Under the pieces are notes generated by a model, which had not been told where the DNA came from, searched no databases, and saw nothing but the letters and a program-made list of their open reading frames with translations. From Rickettsiales bacterium (GTDB lineage Bacteria; Pseudomonadota; Alphaproteobacteria; Rickettsiales; UBA1997), in assembly GCA_038123275.1 (NCBI GenBank), contig JAYORG010000001.1, positions 66,710 to 130,709 on the forward strand: 64,000 nt of DNA, given 5' to 3'. Numbering within the stretch: the stretch's first letter is position 1; each line of letters starts with the position of its first letter. Of the stretch, positions 29,719 to 40,720 are shown piece after piece. The position numbers and the translations under genes are program-made.

Positions 29719-32091
29719 ATGATTAAGACATGTCTTCACTGTGAGTTGCCAGCTAAAAAGAATCAAGATTTTTGCTGTCCTGGATGTAGGGTTGCTTACA
29801 AAACTATTCACTCATTAGGAATGCAAAGTTATTACCAAAATCGTATTTTGGTAAATGATGAAATTAGTTTAAAGCCTCAAATAAATCTTAGTAAAAGCGA
29901 ATCAGATATTACAGATTTTTTGCATAAAAATGAAGATAATAGTTTTTCAGCCTATTTTTTTGTTAAAGGTTTGCATTGTGGAGCTTGCATCTGGTTGATT
30001 GAAAATATTTTAAAGAGGCAAAGTAATGTTAAAATTGCTCGTATTAATATGAGCAATAAAAGGCTACATTTATCATGGGTTGGTGATAAGACTTATGGCA
30101 ATAAGTTAGTGCAAATTATTAATAATTTAGGTTATCGACTTATACCTTATGATTACTGCGAGCTTAAAAATGAAGAAAAAAAATACAGTAATGATCTTTT
30201 AAAAGCACTTTGTATTGCTGGTTTTGGTGCTGGAAATGTTATGTTAATGTCAGTTGCTATTTGGAGTAGTAGTCAGGATAAGATGGGTTTAGCAACTCAT
30301 AATTTTCTTTATTGGTTGAGTGCTCTTATTGCGCTTCCGGTTATTATTTACTCAGGGCGCATCTTTTTTAAATCTGCTTTAAAATCTTTAAAATTTGGCT
30401 TTGGCAATATGGATGTTGCTATTAGTGTTGCTATTATTATTACCACAATTGTTAGTGTTTTTGAAGTGGCAAATAAAGCGCAGCATGCTTATTTTGATTC
30501 TGCTTTAATGTTGTTATTTTTCTTGCTGATTGGTCGTTATTTAGACTTTTTAACTAGAAATAAAGCTCTATCTATTGCTTATGATTTTTCTCTTTTAAAT
30601 GCAATTAGTGCCGTAATTATTGATAAATATGGCAAAAACAAAGTTATTTTAGCTAAAAATATCAAGAAAAATATGATTTTAAATGTAGCTGTTGGTGACA
30701 AGATTGCTGCTGATGGGGTGGTAATTTCTGGTAAAAGTGAGGTTGATGCTTCTTTAATAACTGGTGAGTCATTGCCACAAAAAATAGCAAAAAATGCTAA
30801 AGTTTTTGCTGGCATGATTAATCTTGATCGCCCTGTTAAAGTTAAAGTTACTCAAAATCAAAATAATAGCCTTATTGCCAAAATAAGTAATTTAGTAGCA
30901 AATTTAGAAAAGCAAAAAGGTAAATTTGTTAAAATTGCTGATCAAATATCCAAATATTACACCCCAATTGTACATATTTTAGCGTTGCTAACTTTTATTG
31001 GATGGTATTTTTATTTTCAATCTCCTTTTAAAGTTTCATTAATAAATGCTGTGGCAGTTTTGATAATAACTTGCCCTTGCGCATTAGCGTTAGCAGTACC
31101 AATAGTAAGTGTTTTGGCTAATTCTAAATTATTAAAACAAGGGATAATTATTAAATCTGGTGAAGCTTTAGAAAAATTAAACAAGGTTGATACAATTATT
31201 TGTGATAAAACTGGTACATTAACTCATGGAAAACCAATTTTAAAATCAGCAAAATTAATTGATGGTAGCAAAGAAAAAACATTAAGTAAAAATCATCAAT
31301 TATTTATTTTAGCAGCTTCAATGTCTGCTTTAAGCAACCATCCTTTATCAAAATCTCTATCTAATTCTTTTAAGGGTGAGTTAGTTGATCTTAAAATTAA
31401 GGAAGTTGCAGGAAATGGTTTGAAATCAAAATTTAAGGGCAAAGAAATTAAATTAGGAAAGAAAGAGTTTGTTTTAAATAAAAATGAAGAAAATTTGGTT
31501 AAGCCCAATAATAACTCACAAATATTTATTAAATTTGGTAAAGAAATTGCTGTTTTTAGTTTTTTAGATTCTTTAAAAATTGATGCAAAAGAGATGATTA
31601 ATGAGTTAAAATTTTTAGGAAAAGAAGTTATTCTACTGTCAGGAGATAAGAAAGAAGTTGTAACTGATATTTCTAAAAAACTCAAAATAAAAGAATTTTA
31701 TTATGACAAAGACCCAATTCAAAAAGCAAAAATTATTGAGGTTTTAAAAGCACAAAATAAAAATATCATGATGGTTGGAGATGGTATAAATGATGCTCCT
31801 GTGTTAATTGCTAGTGATATTGGTGTTTCTTTTGCTTTGGCTAGTGATATTGCAAAAAATTGTGCTGATATTATTATTCAGGGTAATAAATTAGAGCCAT
31901 TATTAAAAATTTTAACAATTAGTAAAAAGTCTCATAGATTAATTAAAGAAAACTTTGCCTTATCTTTTGCTTACAATATTATTGCTGTGCCATTTGCAGT
32001 TTTAGGATATGTAACACCTCTTATTGCAGCGCTTAGCATGTCTTTTTCTTCAATTCTTGTGACGTTAAATTCGCTTAGGGTTAGAAGATAA
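29719..32091 (+). CDS. fixI: Copper/heavy-metal translocating P1B-type ATPase (FixI/CcoI-like)
   Basis: TCPCALALA (CPC), DKTGTLT and MVGDGINDAP motifs, with an N-terminal Cys-rich region. Confidence 0.9.
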   Translation: MIKTCLHCELPAKKNQDFCCPGCRVAYKTIHSLGMQSYYQNRILVNDEISLKPQINLSKSESDITDFLHKNEDNSFSAYFFVKGLHCGACIWLIENILKRQSNVKIARINMSNKRLHLSWVGDKTYGNKLVQIINNLGYRLIPYDYCELKNEEKKYSNDLLKALCIAGFGAGNVMLMSVAIWSSSQDKMGLATHNFLYWLSALIALPVIIYSGRIFFKSALKSLKFGFGNMDVAISVAIIITTIVSVFEVANKAQHAYFDSALMLLFFLLIGRYLDFLTRNKALSIAYDFSLLNAISAVIIDKYGKNKVILAKNIKKNMILNVAVGDKIAADGVVISGKSEVDASLITGESLPQKIAKNAKVFAGMINLDRPVKVKVTQNQNNSLIAKISNLVANLEKQKGKFVKIADQISKYYTPIVHILALLTFIGWYFYFQSPFKVSLINAVAVLIITCPCALALAVPIVSVLANSKLLKQGIIIKSGEALEKLNKVDTIICDKTGTLTHGKPILKSAKLIDGSKEKTLSKNHQLFILAASMSALSNHPLSKSLSNSFKGELVDLKIKEVAGNGLKSKFKGKEIKLGKKEFVLNKNEENLVKPNNNSQIFIKFGKEIAVFSFLDSLKIDAKEMINELKFLGKEVILLSGDKKEVVTDISKKLKIKEFYYDKDPIQKAKIIEVLKAQNKNIMMVGDGINDAPVLIASDIGVSFALASDIAKNCADIIIQGNKLEPLLKILTISKKSHRLIKENFALSFAYNIIAVPFAVLGYVTPLIAALSMSFSSILVTLNSLRVRR

Positions 32092-32194
32092 TTTCTTTAA
32101 AAAACAATTTCTGGTTTTAAATCTTTTTCGTGGTTATTTATTTCTTAAATTTTTGTATTTTGATGTAATTTAAATTAATAATAATTAGTTAAAT

Positions 32195-32223
32195 TTGACA
32201 TATGGTATAATTTATGATACAAT
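32195..32223 (+). promoter_or_regulatory. Candidate sigma70 promoter for the 676-aa gene
   Basis: TTGACA, a 17-nt spacer, then TACAAT. The spacer also contains TGgTATAAT. Confidence 0.5.
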
Positions 32224-32259
32224 GCCTTAGGGAGAAAAATAAATTAAGGGTAATATATC

Positions 32260-34290
32260 ATGTCACGTAGTAATAATAATGGATCAAAAAATCCTATACC
32301 TAATGAATTGGAAGTGCAAAATCTAGTTAGTAAAATATTTTTTTATACTTTTGCTAATAAAAATCCTGAAATTATTGATAGAAATCCGGATCTTTTTAAC
32401 AATAAAAGAAAATATAAAATTACTAAGGTTGCTCGTGCGGCGTTCGAGATATTGGATCATACAGACGTTAAGGGTCACAAAACTGGTGTATCTGGTTGGA
32501 GTAATATGGATAAAATAACAAAGGAAAATAGGGGAAAAATATATCCAATATATGCAAAAGTACCAATACTAACTGTTGCTTATTCCATTAATATGATAGC
32601 GCTTTCTATACTTTCTCCTGCAATAGTTCCATGGGGAATATATGCTTCAACGCAAGATCTTAAAAATGCATTAAAATCAAAAGTAAAATCTAGGGAAGAT
32701 AGGAGACTAATAGAGTCTGAGATTGAAAAATTTACTAGTTTGGTTACTGAATTAAGTCAAGAAAAAAGGACAGAACTTGCTACTATCTTGGAAAGAACTG
32801 TAAAAGAAATTTCTATTGATAATAGGCCTATAAAACCTAGTGTTCCTGCAGATAAAATTAAAAGAAAAGATAAACAATCTATTTTTGTAATAGGAGAAGC
32901 TATAGATAAGGCTAGATCTGAAGAAATAGCAAACATGATTCAACAAAAAAATCATTCAGTAGTAACAAAAAATCAAATGTCATTACCTGTTCAGATTAAC
33001 TTAGTATCTAATACAATAACAGAAGATGCTTTTAAAATAATATTAGAATCAATAAAAAATAGTGGGAGACTTACAAAGCTACATTTAAACAGTAATAATT
33101 TAAGCGAGAATCAAGTTGACTTACTTTTGCAATATACCAAAGAATGTGCCAATTTAATACCACTCTTAGAAATGGTAAACGCTAATCAAAGTCAAAGAGA
33201 TGGACTGGCATCAGCAACAAGAGATAACTATATGATGTCAACTGTTTTGCAAAACGGATTAGAACGTAATGCTGACAATATTATGGATAAATCAGTTTTT
33301 AGAAACAGTGCAGCAATATATCCTTGGGATAATACAAGTAAAAGATGTAAACAATTTTTATCCACTAAAACAAACAGTGAAAAGAAAAAACTTTTTGATA
33401 AATGTAATGACGCCATAGAAAGATTTAATGAAAATTCTTTAAGTAATTTTAATAATAACTCTATCTTAAAGAAGATGGATCAAAAATTAGGACTAACAGC
33501 AATAAAAGTTGGGGGTAGTCGTCTTAGTGGAAAACATCATACCAGTTGGCTTACATTTAAAGTAGATTCCCCTGAAATACAAAGACTTGTTGATAATAAT
33601 GTTCAATCTAATGCAAAATTACCGTGCGACGTATCTCGAAATCTTGATGGATCTTGGCAAGTAAATGTTAAACGCTCTCAATTAAAAAACTTTCTTGGAA
33701 ATTTTTTTGATGGTTTTGAAAATTTGCGTAATAAAGATATTTATTCCCAAATGAAAAGGGAAGCAAGAGGATTTAATCCCCTTCAGCAGGAAGATTTTAT
33801 GGAAACAAAGCATGAACAACAGGCAGTTAACCTGAGTCACTTTGAATCAAAACAACAAAATATGGAGGCAGAGTCTTCTTCTGTTAATAAAGAAAGTAAA
33901 TCTACACAACAACAACCAAAAAATAAAGGAAAGTCATCAGAAATTAATGAGCAGGAAGAAGATAAATTAAAGAGTGATAAACCTAAAAAAGAAAAGAGAA
34001 AAAAGAAGAAAAAGAAAGATAATAGAATTAGTCCAAACCCTAATCAAGAACTTAAAGAAACAAGGAAAAATATAAGTGAACAAGATCAGTCTAATCCCAT
34101 TGACAAAGTGGTTCTAGGTAGTCAATCTGGAAATGGATCTTCTATAGAAGAGCAACCTTTAATAAAAAGGAGAGCAAAATTACCGCCAATTTCAAGGAGG
34201 GATTCGCCATCACCAAGCCCTAAATCGGCTCAACTTCATGATAAACAAATTGGAAGTCGTGGAAGTCGTGAAGTTGAACAAGGCAGATAA
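32260..34290 (+). CDS. Hypothetical effector-like protein with an LRR-like segment and a C-terminal poly-lysine (NLS-like) tract
   Basis: One hydrophobic segment (VPILTVAYSINMIALSILSPAIVPWGIY), LTKLHLNSNNLSENQVDLLLQY, and KPKKEKRKKKKKKDNR near the C-terminus. Confidence 0.75.
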   Translation: MSRSNNNGSKNPIPNELEVQNLVSKIFFYTFANKNPEIIDRNPDLFNNKRKYKITKVARAAFEILDHTDVKGHKTGVSGWSNMDKITKENRGKIYPIYAKVPILTVAYSINMIALSILSPAIVPWGIYASTQDLKNALKSKVKSREDRRLIESEIEKFTSLVTELSQEKRTELATILERTVKEISIDNRPIKPSVPADKIKRKDKQSIFVIGEAIDKARSEEIANMIQQKNHSVVTKNQMSLPVQINLVSNTITEDAFKIILESIKNSGRLTKLHLNSNNLSENQVDLLLQYTKECANLIPLLEMVNANQSQRDGLASATRDNYMMSTVLQNGLERNADNIMDKSVFRNSAAIYPWDNTSKRCKQFLSTKTNSEKKKLFDKCNDAIERFNENSLSNFNNNSILKKMDQKLGLTAIKVGGSRLSGKHHTSWLTFKVDSPEIQRLVDNNVQSNAKLPCDVSRNLDGSWQVNVKRSQLKNFLGNFFDGFENLRNKDIYSQMKREARGFNPLQQEDFMETKHEQQAVNLSHFESKQQNMEAESSSVNKESKSTQQQPKNKGKSSEINEQEEDKLKSDKPKKEKRKKKKKKDNRISPNPNQELKETRKNISEQDQSNPIDKVVLGSQSGNGSSIEEQPLIKRRAKLPPISRRDSPSPSPKSAQLHDKQIGSRGSREVEQGR

Positions 34291-34327
34291 GTTTCCTAAT
34301 CAAAAGTGAGTTTAATATGAATATAAA

Positions 34328-34361
34328 AATAATTGTGCTCAGTGAGCACAATTATTTTTTT
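34328..34361 (+). terminator. Rho-independent terminator
   Basis: aaataattgtgctca / tgagcacaattattt stem followed by a T-run. Confidence 0.7.
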
Positions 34362-34399
34362 GTTAAAAAACTCAGGCATAAATCATAGATTTATGGTCA

Positions 34400-34459
34400 G
34401 TAAAACCTAAAAACAATTAATAATTGTTTTCTTAACGGTTTTACTTTACTTAAGCATAA
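34400..34459 (+). repeat. Copy 2 of the ~60-nt palindromic intergenic element
   Basis: gtaaaacc-taaaaacaattaataattgtttt-cttaac-ggttttac plus the flank tttacttaagcataa. Confidence 0.6.
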
Positions 34460-34502
34460 TTATTTTCCTTAATATTTACCAATAAGTAACACTAAAATTA
34501 AA

Positions 34503-35153
34503 ATGCAAAAATTTAAAGATATCTACAATTTAGCCAAAACAAGAAAAGGTGGAAAAAGCAGCCTTGAAGCATTATTACCAAATATCTTATCAAACGATGA
34601 ATTATCCAAAGTTGGTGATGATAGATTCTTAGCAATGATGATTAGAGCCATTAATCAAGCTGGTTTTAATTGGTCTGTTATTGCTAATAAATGGCCACAA
34701 TTTGAAGAGGCATTTTTTAATTTTGATGTAGAAAAACTATCAAAACTTTCTTTAGAAGACTGGGATGAATACACTGTTGATAAAAGAGTAGTGCGCAATT
34801 GGATTAAAATAAAAGCCATAATGGAAAATGTTGCTTTTGTAAAAAACGAAGCACAAAAACATGGGTCCTTCGCTAATTTTATTGCTTCCTGGCCACAAAG
34901 TGATCAGGTTGGCTTAATGCTTTATTTAAAAAAACATGGTTCTCGTTTGGGGGGTAAAACTGGTCAGTGGTTTTTGCGTTACGTTGGTAAAGATTCTTTT
35001 GTAATTACTAAAGATGTTTGCTTGGCTTTAAAAAATGCTAATATTGATATTAGTGAGTCTCCTACTAGCCAAAGAGAGTTAAGATTAATACAAGAGGCTT
35101 TTAATAAGTGGCATAAAGAAACTAATTTATCTTATTGTCATTTAATAAAATAG
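34503..35153 (+). CDS. Tag-like (DNA-3-methyladenine glycosylase I family) HhH protein
   Basis: INQAGFNWSVIANKWPQFEEAFFNFD resembles the Tag QAGLSW...FD segment. The N-terminal zinc ligands of E. coli Tag were not seen. Confidence 0.55.
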   Translation: MQKFKDIYNLAKTRKGGKSSLEALLPNILSNDELSKVGDDRFLAMMIRAINQAGFNWSVIANKWPQFEEAFFNFDVEKLSKLSLEDWDEYTVDKRVVRNWIKIKAIMENVAFVKNEAQKHGSFANFIASWPQSDQVGLMLYLKKHGSRLGGKTGQWFLRYVGKDSFVITKDVCLALKNANIDISESPTSQRELRLIQEAFNKWHKETNLSYCHLIK

Positions 35154-35227
35154 CTGCTTACTCAGTAGGAGAGAATTATGAAAATTCTTACATAGAAAAT
35201 CAGGTTAAAAAATTTTCTTAGACATGT

Positions 35228-36106
35228 CTAATTATCAATTTTAATTCTCCATTTTTTTGATAAGTAATTTTCTACCTTAATTATTTGATTTTGATCAAGA
35301 ATTTTATTAAAAATAATTACTTCTCCAATATACCCTTTCCACAGCGAGCTAGTAGTAGAAAAATGTCTTAATGCACCTATTGTTCCTAGGTTAAAATTGG
35401 CATTACCCACATTGATATCTTCATTATAAAATACAACTTTACCATTAACTCTTACACTAGCAGTATGGTTAATTATTGAAGTTCTAATTTCAGGTAAGTT
35501 GGTTACTTTTCCTCCAGATATTTTTTTAATAACTGTACCAGAATCATTTATTTTTAAAATTCTGTAATTAGCTTCCAAATTATTGTCTATGTAAAGTCTA
35601 GAATTTTCATCTGTTGATAAACCAAGGGAAAGTAGCGTAGTTTCACTTAATAAATTAGATCTAGTATCTTGAGAAACAGTAAATATTGTTATTTCTTTAT
35701 TTTTTCCATTAAAAATTGAAGATAAGTCATTAATAGAGTAATAATCATTACCGTCAAACTCAATTGCTGGTAGGTAGTTAATGGCATTGCTAATGTAAGA
35801 TGGATCACCATGTGATTTTGCACTTACTTTTAACCCTGGATGATAAATATTTTTCCAAGAGGTAACAATATTATTATCTACATTTTCATTATTAATAAAG
35901 CTTCTTTTTGAAGTGGTTTCAAACCAACTTATTAAGTTTTTCATTGACAAAATAGGAGAGGTAGAGGTTAGAGATCTAGCCTTGGTCAATTGTGCTGATT
36001 TAAATATTGAAAAGCCAGAAGCTAATCCGCTAAGTAATAAAACAACAGTTACTACTATTATTAATTGATTTATTAAGGTGAGTTTTTTTTTGTTTCTTTT
36101 GGTCAT
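35228..36106 (-). CDS. Membrane-anchored LamG/concanavalin-like domain protein with a pilin-like N-terminal helix
   Basis: KKKLTLINQLIIVVTVVLLLSG N-terminus. The C-terminus (WKGYIGEVIIFNKILDQNQIIKVENYLSKKW) is typical of LamG_3-type domains. Confidence 0.7.
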   Translation of the reverse strand: MTKRNKKKLTLINQLIIVVTVVLLLSGLASGFSIFKSAQLTKARSLTSTSPILSMKNLISWFETTSKRSFINNENVDNNIVTSWKNIYHPGLKVSAKSHGDPSYISNAINYLPAIEFDGNDYYSINDLSSIFNGKNKEITIFTVSQDTRSNLLSETTLLSLGLSTDENSRLYIDNNLEANYRILKINDSGTVIKKISGGKVTNLPEIRTSIINHTASVRVNGKVVFYNEDINVGNANFNLGTIGALRHFSTTSSLWKGYIGEVIIFNKILDQNQIIKVENYLSKKWRIKIDN

Positions 36107-36235
36107 TATTTAAAACAAGCCCCCTATTTTTTTATATAGTAATAACTATTGTATCATAAAAATGACATGAAGTCAATGCAGTTGTTAGTTAGTATATAAA
36201 TTATGAATATTGTATGTTCTTACTAATGGATGTAA

Positions 36236-37285
36236 TCAGGAGAATTTTTCTGGAAATAAATCTTCGTTTAATTTAAATAATTCAGATATTTCTATTGTAG
36301 AATTTTCAATTTTTATTTTGTCCAAAATGACAATTCCAACTTCTTCTAAATCAATATTTTGTGATTTTGCTAGATTTTTAACTTCATCTAAATTTTCTTT
36401 TTGAGTGCTAATTACATACCTTGCTTGATCTTCTCCAAAGAAATAATTTTCTGATTCAATATTGTGATTAGTTTTAATTTGCGCGCCAAGATTTTTATTA
36501 AACATCTCAAAAATAGCAATTAACAAGCCACCATCACTAACATCATGACAAGCATTTATTTTTTTGGATGTAATTAATTTTCTAATAAGCTCAGAATTTT
36601 TTCTCTCACTTTCTAAATTAATTTTTGGCGGATTAGATTTATTCTCTATCCTCAAAATATCCCTTTGAAATATTGAGCAATCTAAATGTCCTTTTGTTTC
36701 TCCAACAACCAAAATTACATCTCCCTCATTTTTTAATTTTGTATTACATCTTAAATTTAAATCTTTTAACAAACCAACGCCTCCAATAGTTGGAGTTGGC
36801 AAAATAGCTTGACCATTTGTTTCATTGTAAAGAGAAACATTTCCAGAAACTACAGGATAATTTAGTGCCTTACAAGCTTCATTAATACCTTTAATAGCTT
36901 TAACAATTTGCCCCATAATTTCTGGTTTTTCTGGGTTGCCAAAATTTAAGCAGTTAGTAATTGCTTTTGGCGTTGCGCCAACGGCCGAGATATTACGATA
37001 AGTTTCAACAACAGCTTGCATTCCTCCAATAAAAGGATCAGCTAGTACATATCTTGGCGTGCAATCAGAAGTGGTAGCCAAAGCTTTATTGGTACCACGA
37101 ACTCTAGTTATTGCAGCATCTCCTGTAATTTCAATAGTATCATTCATTACCTGACTATCATATTGCTCATAAATCCACCTCTTTGAAGCTAAGTTAGGGT
37201 TTTGTACTAACTCTTTTAAGTTTTCTAATATTGTATTTGTCATATTATTTTGGTCTTTTTCTAAATTTTGTTTCATTATTTCCAC
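36236..37285 (-). CDS. purL: Phosphoribosylformylglycinamidine synthase II (PurL), C-terminal half
   Basis: [15 protein letters not shown] onward. GTG start overlaps the stop of the N-terminal half by 10 nt. Confidence 0.85.
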   Translation of the reverse strand: MEIMKQNLEKDQNNMTNTILENLKELVQNPNLASKRWIYEQYDSQVMNDTIEITGDAAITRVRGTNKALATTSDCTPRYVLADPFIGGMQAVVETYRNISAVGATPKAITNCLNFGNPEKPEIMGQIVKAIKGINEACKALNYPVVSGNVSLYNETNGQAILPTPTIGGVGLLKDLNLRCNTKLKNEGDVILVVGETKGHLDCSIFQRDILRIENKSNPPKINLESERKNSELIRKLITSKKINACHDVSDGGLLIAIFEMFNKNLGAQIKTNHNIESENYFFGEDQARYVISTQKENLDEVKNLAKSQNIDLEEVGIVILDKIKIENSTIEISELFKLNEDLFPEKFS

Positions 37286-38415
37286 TCCCTATCATATTCT
37301 GGTGAATTTTCAGATAAATCTTCGCTTGGAATTTGTGCATAAATTTTACCATCCATTTTAATAACTACCTTTCCAGTATCAGTTACACTACCAATTACAG
37401 CAAAGTCTAAACCCCAGCGGTCAAAAACTTCTTTGGCAAAAACCTCTTTTTCTGGTTTTATCACCATTAACATTCTTTCTTGGCTTTCTGATAACATAAT
37501 TTCATAAGGAGTCATATTTTCTTCTCTTTGTGGAACTTTCTCTAAGTTTAACTCAACTCCAGTTCTACCTTTTCCGGACATTTCAAAGCTAGAAGAAGTT
37601 AAGCCAGCAGCTCCCATATCTTGAATTGATAAAATAGCATCACTTTGCATTAATTCTAAGCAGGCTTCTAATAATAACTTTTCAGTAAATGGATCTCCAA
37701 CTTGTACTGTTGGTCTTTTATCTTCATCACCTTCTTTAAATTCATCCGAGGCCATAACGGCACCATTAATACCATCTCGACCAGTTTTAGAACCAACATA
37801 AACTACCGATGCCCCAACTTCACTGGCAGCTGAATAAAATATTTTATTCTTATCAGCAATGCCAACTGTCATGGCATTAACCAAGATATTACCATTGTAA
37901 CTTTTGTCAAAATTTACTTCACCGCCAACCGTTGGAACTCCAATACAGTTGCCATATCCACCAATTCCACTAACTACCCCGTTAACTAAATGTTTAGTTT
38001 TTTTATGATCAATTTCACCAAATCTAAGTGCATTTAAGTTTGCAACTGGTCTGGCACCCATGGTAAATACATCTCTTAAAATTCCACCAACACCAGTGGC
38101 AGCACCTTGATATGGTTCAATAAAAGAAGGGTGATTATGACTTTCCATTTTAAAAATTGCCGCCTGACCATCGCCAATATCAATAATTCCAGCATTTTCA
38201 CCAGGGCCACAAATAACCCAGGGCTCTCTGGTATGCATGGTTTTAAGCCATTTTTTAGTAGATTTATAAGAGCAATGCTCACTCCACATTGCACTAAATA
38301 AGCCAAGTTCAGTAAATGTAGGGACTCTACCTAGTATTTCTAGAATTTTTTCATATTCTGACTCGCTTAAATTATGTTCTTCAACTAATTTTTTAGTAAT
38401 TTCTGGTTCACTCAT
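37276..38415 (-). CDS. purL: Phosphoribosylformylglycinamidine synthase II (PurL), N-terminal half
   Basis: [20 protein letters not shown] and GGILRDV motifs. Ends ...PEYDREWK just at the inter-domain linker. Confidence 0.85.
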   Translation of the reverse strand: MSEPEITKKLVEEHNLSESEYEKILEILGRVPTFTELGLFSAMWSEHCSYKSTKKWLKTMHTREPWVICGPGENAGIIDIGDGQAAIFKMESHNHPSFIEPYQGAATGVGGILRDVFTMGARPVANLNALRFGEIDHKKTKHLVNGVVSGIGGYGNCIGVPTVGGEVNFDKSYNGNILVNAMTVGIADKNKIFYSAASEVGASVVYVGSKTGRDGINGAVMASDEFKEGDEDKRPTVQVGDPFTEKLLLEACLELMQSDAILSIQDMGAAGLTSSSFEMSGKGRTGVELNLEKVPQREENMTPYEIMLSESQERMLMVIKPEKEVFAKEVFDRWGLDFAVIGSVTDTGKVVIKMDGKIYAQIPSEDLSENSPEYDREWK

Positions 38416-38417
38416 AA

Positions 38418-39785
38418 TTAAATTTGATTCTTGTTTTTTGTATTTTTTAATAAATTTTTAATTTCATCTCTTTTAGCCTTAAATTTAGTCAATTTAGAGC
38501 CAGTTAGTTTAATATTTGCCGTTCCTTTAAATTTAGCTGGATTAATACTCACACCCTTTTTACGAACTTCATAATGTAAATGAGGACCTTTTGCCATTCC
38601 AGTTGATCCAACATAGCCTATTGTTTGACCTTGTCTTATTGTTTTGCCTTTTTTCATATTGCGAGCAAATTTGCTCATATGAATATAAACTGTTTCATAG
38701 GTTTTATTATGTTTAATAAAAATAAAATTTCCATTAAACTTTGTATAACCAATTTTGCTAATAACCCCATTACCAGCTGCCAATATTGGAGTTCCTCTTG
38801 GTGCAGCAAAATCAAGACCTTTATGTTTTTTTCTATATCCTAAAATAGGATGTCTTCTCATGCCAAATCTTGAAGATATTCTAGCTCCATTTACTGGAGT
38901 TACCAATAGTGATCTTTTAATACTTTTTCCAACATGGTTAAAATATTCTGCTCTTTTTTTATATTCATGCAAATAAGCTTCAAATTTATTTTTTCTTGTT
39001 TTCAACTCTAAAGAAGAGAATAGAATATTGCCATTCTTAATTTTATTGCCTTCTTTATCAAAATAATCTTCAAATAAGATTTCAAATTTATCTCCCTTTC
39101 TTAAATCTCTTTGAAAATCAACAGCAAAACCATAAAGATTAATCATTTCAATCATTATTCTTGGTGAAATACCAATTTTTGTGCCATCTACAAAAAGACT
39201 GGTTTCTATCTGCCCAGAATATTTAACAATATGTTTTATTAATTCTTTTTTATGCTTTTTAGATTTGTAAGAGCCATCTTCTAGACGTTCCACAATCATG
39301 CTAATTTCCGGGTCAGGAGATAAAGAAATTTTGCTAATAATAGATTTTCTAACTAGATTTTGTTTTGGATCATTATTTTCATAATTAATGATGGTTTTAT
39401 AATGAATTATTAGTTTTTGTCCTTGAAATATATCTCTTGGATCAAAGATCTTTTTAGTAGCAGATAAAATATTTGCAACATCAAATTCATTTGATCCTAG
39501 GTCAAATAAGATCTCACTTAAAGTTTCATTAGGTCTAACCGTATGTTCTAATATCTGATCTTCAATTTGATCTAATTTTTCTTTAAAACCACCAATATTT
39601 ATTCTAATTTTATCTGATTCATCAGATAAGTTACTTTCAAGAAGACTATTTCTTAGATAAGAAATACCATTAAATAAAATAAATGAGGTAATAATTGATA
39701 TACAGACCATTTTGAAATAATTATGATCTAGTATTATGTCTATTAGCTTTAGAATATTTTTTTTATTAAATTTATTTTTTTTCAA
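38418..39785 (-). CDS. M23 family (LytM-type) peptidoglycan metalloendopeptidase
   Basis: N-terminal TM helix, [20 protein letters not shown] and [15 protein letters not shown]. Confidence 0.85.
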   Translation of the reverse strand: MKKNKFNKKNILKLIDIILDHNYFKMVCISIITSFILFNGISYLRNSLLESNLSDESDKIRINIGGFKEKLDQIEDQILEHTVRPNETLSEILFDLGSNEFDVANILSATKKIFDPRDIFQGQKLIIHYKTIINYENNDPKQNLVRKSIISKISLSPDPEISMIVERLEDGSYKSKKHKKELIKHIVKYSGQIETSLFVDGTKIGISPRIMIEMINLYGFAVDFQRDLRKGDKFEILFEDYFDKEGNKIKNGNILFSSLELKTRKNKFEAYLHEYKKRAEYFNHVGKSIKRSLLVTPVNGARISSRFGMRRHPILGYRKKHKGLDFAAPRGTPILAAGNGVISKIGYTKFNGNFIFIKHNKTYETVYIHMSKFARNMKKGKTIRQGQTIGYVGSTGMAKGPHLHYEVRKKGVSINPAKFKGTANIKLTGSKLTKFKAKRDEIKNLLKNTKNKNQI

Positions 39786-40093
39786 TTTTTGCTAATGTTA
39801 ACAGTATCTAAAATTAGAATTATACATAAGACTTACTTAAAAAAGTTATTAAAAACTACATTTAGTAGGTTTTAGGGAATAATCGTGCTAGATGTAGCAT
39901 TAATTTGTTGCCCTTGCGTAAGTTCCAATATATTCTAGAAATATTTGAGACTAACAGATTAATTCTCTATTAACAATATGCAACTATTTCAACACTATAT
40001 TATTAAAAATTTGTAATTTTTTCTTGTAACTCTTTAATCACTATGATATGATGCTTTGACGTATATTTTTAATATTAAATGAAGAATTAATTT

Positions 40094-40711
40094 ATGGCCA
40101 AAAAAGCAAATCAAAAAGGTAAAAATTTTAAAGTTGGACAATATCTAATCTATCCTTCACATGGGGCTGGAAAGTTACTTGATATTGAAACTATCAAAGT
40201 AGATGGAAAAGAGTTCAATACTTTAATTATTTTCTTTGAGAAAGAAAAATTAACTATCAAAATTCCAGTTTCACAAGTTGAAAAAATTGGTATTAGACAT
40301 TTAGTTTCAAAAGAAAAAATCGAAGAAGTTTTCGAAACTTTAAGAGGAGGAGTTAAAAAGTTAAAGGGTATGTGGAGTAGAAGAGCCCAAGAATATGAAA
40401 GTAAAATCAATTCTGGAGACATTATGCTTTTAGCTGAAGTTTTAAGAGATTTAACCAGAGACATTGAAGATGCTGATCGTTCTTACTCGGAAAGAGTTAT
40501 TTATGAAACCGCTATATACCGTTTAGCTGGTGAATATAGTGTTATTGCAGGCATCACCTTGGAAAAGGCTCAGGAGGAAATAATTACAATTGCTAAAAAT
40601 AAATTACTTGAAGAGGGCGAGTCTCAATCTGACAAAAAAGATGATTTAGATGATGGTTTTGACGATGAATTTGATGATGAAGATGATGAAGATGATGAAG
40701 ATGATGAGTAA
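40094..40711 (+). CDS. carD: CarD family transcriptional regulator with an acidic tail
   Basis: FKVGQYLIYPSHGAGKLLDIE, LRDLTR, and a C-terminal DDEDDEDDEDDE tail. Confidence 0.9.
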   Translation: MAKKANQKGKNFKVGQYLIYPSHGAGKLLDIETIKVDGKEFNTLIIFFEKEKLTIKIPVSQVEKIGIRHLVSKEKIEEVFETLRGGVKKLKGMWSRRAQEYESKINSGDIMLLAEVLRDLTRDIEDADRSYSERVIYETAIYRLAGEYSVIAGITLEKAQEEIITIAKNKLLEEGESQSDKKDDLDDGFDDEFDDEDDEDDEDDE

Positions 40712-40720
40712 ATTATTACT

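Noticed and set aside
29225-32091. fixH-fixI as part of a full cbb3 oxidase maturation cluster
   Set aside because: Only the fixH-like and fixI genes are present here. fixG, fixS and ccoNOQP are not in the window, so no claim about the system can be made from this sequence.
40640-40711. GAT/GAA trinucleotide-like repetition at the end of carD, and the GAA-rich tract at 47761..47830 in virB10
   Set aside because: These are in-frame coding low complexity (acidic D/E tails) rather than a non-coding microsatellite or CRISPR-like repeat.
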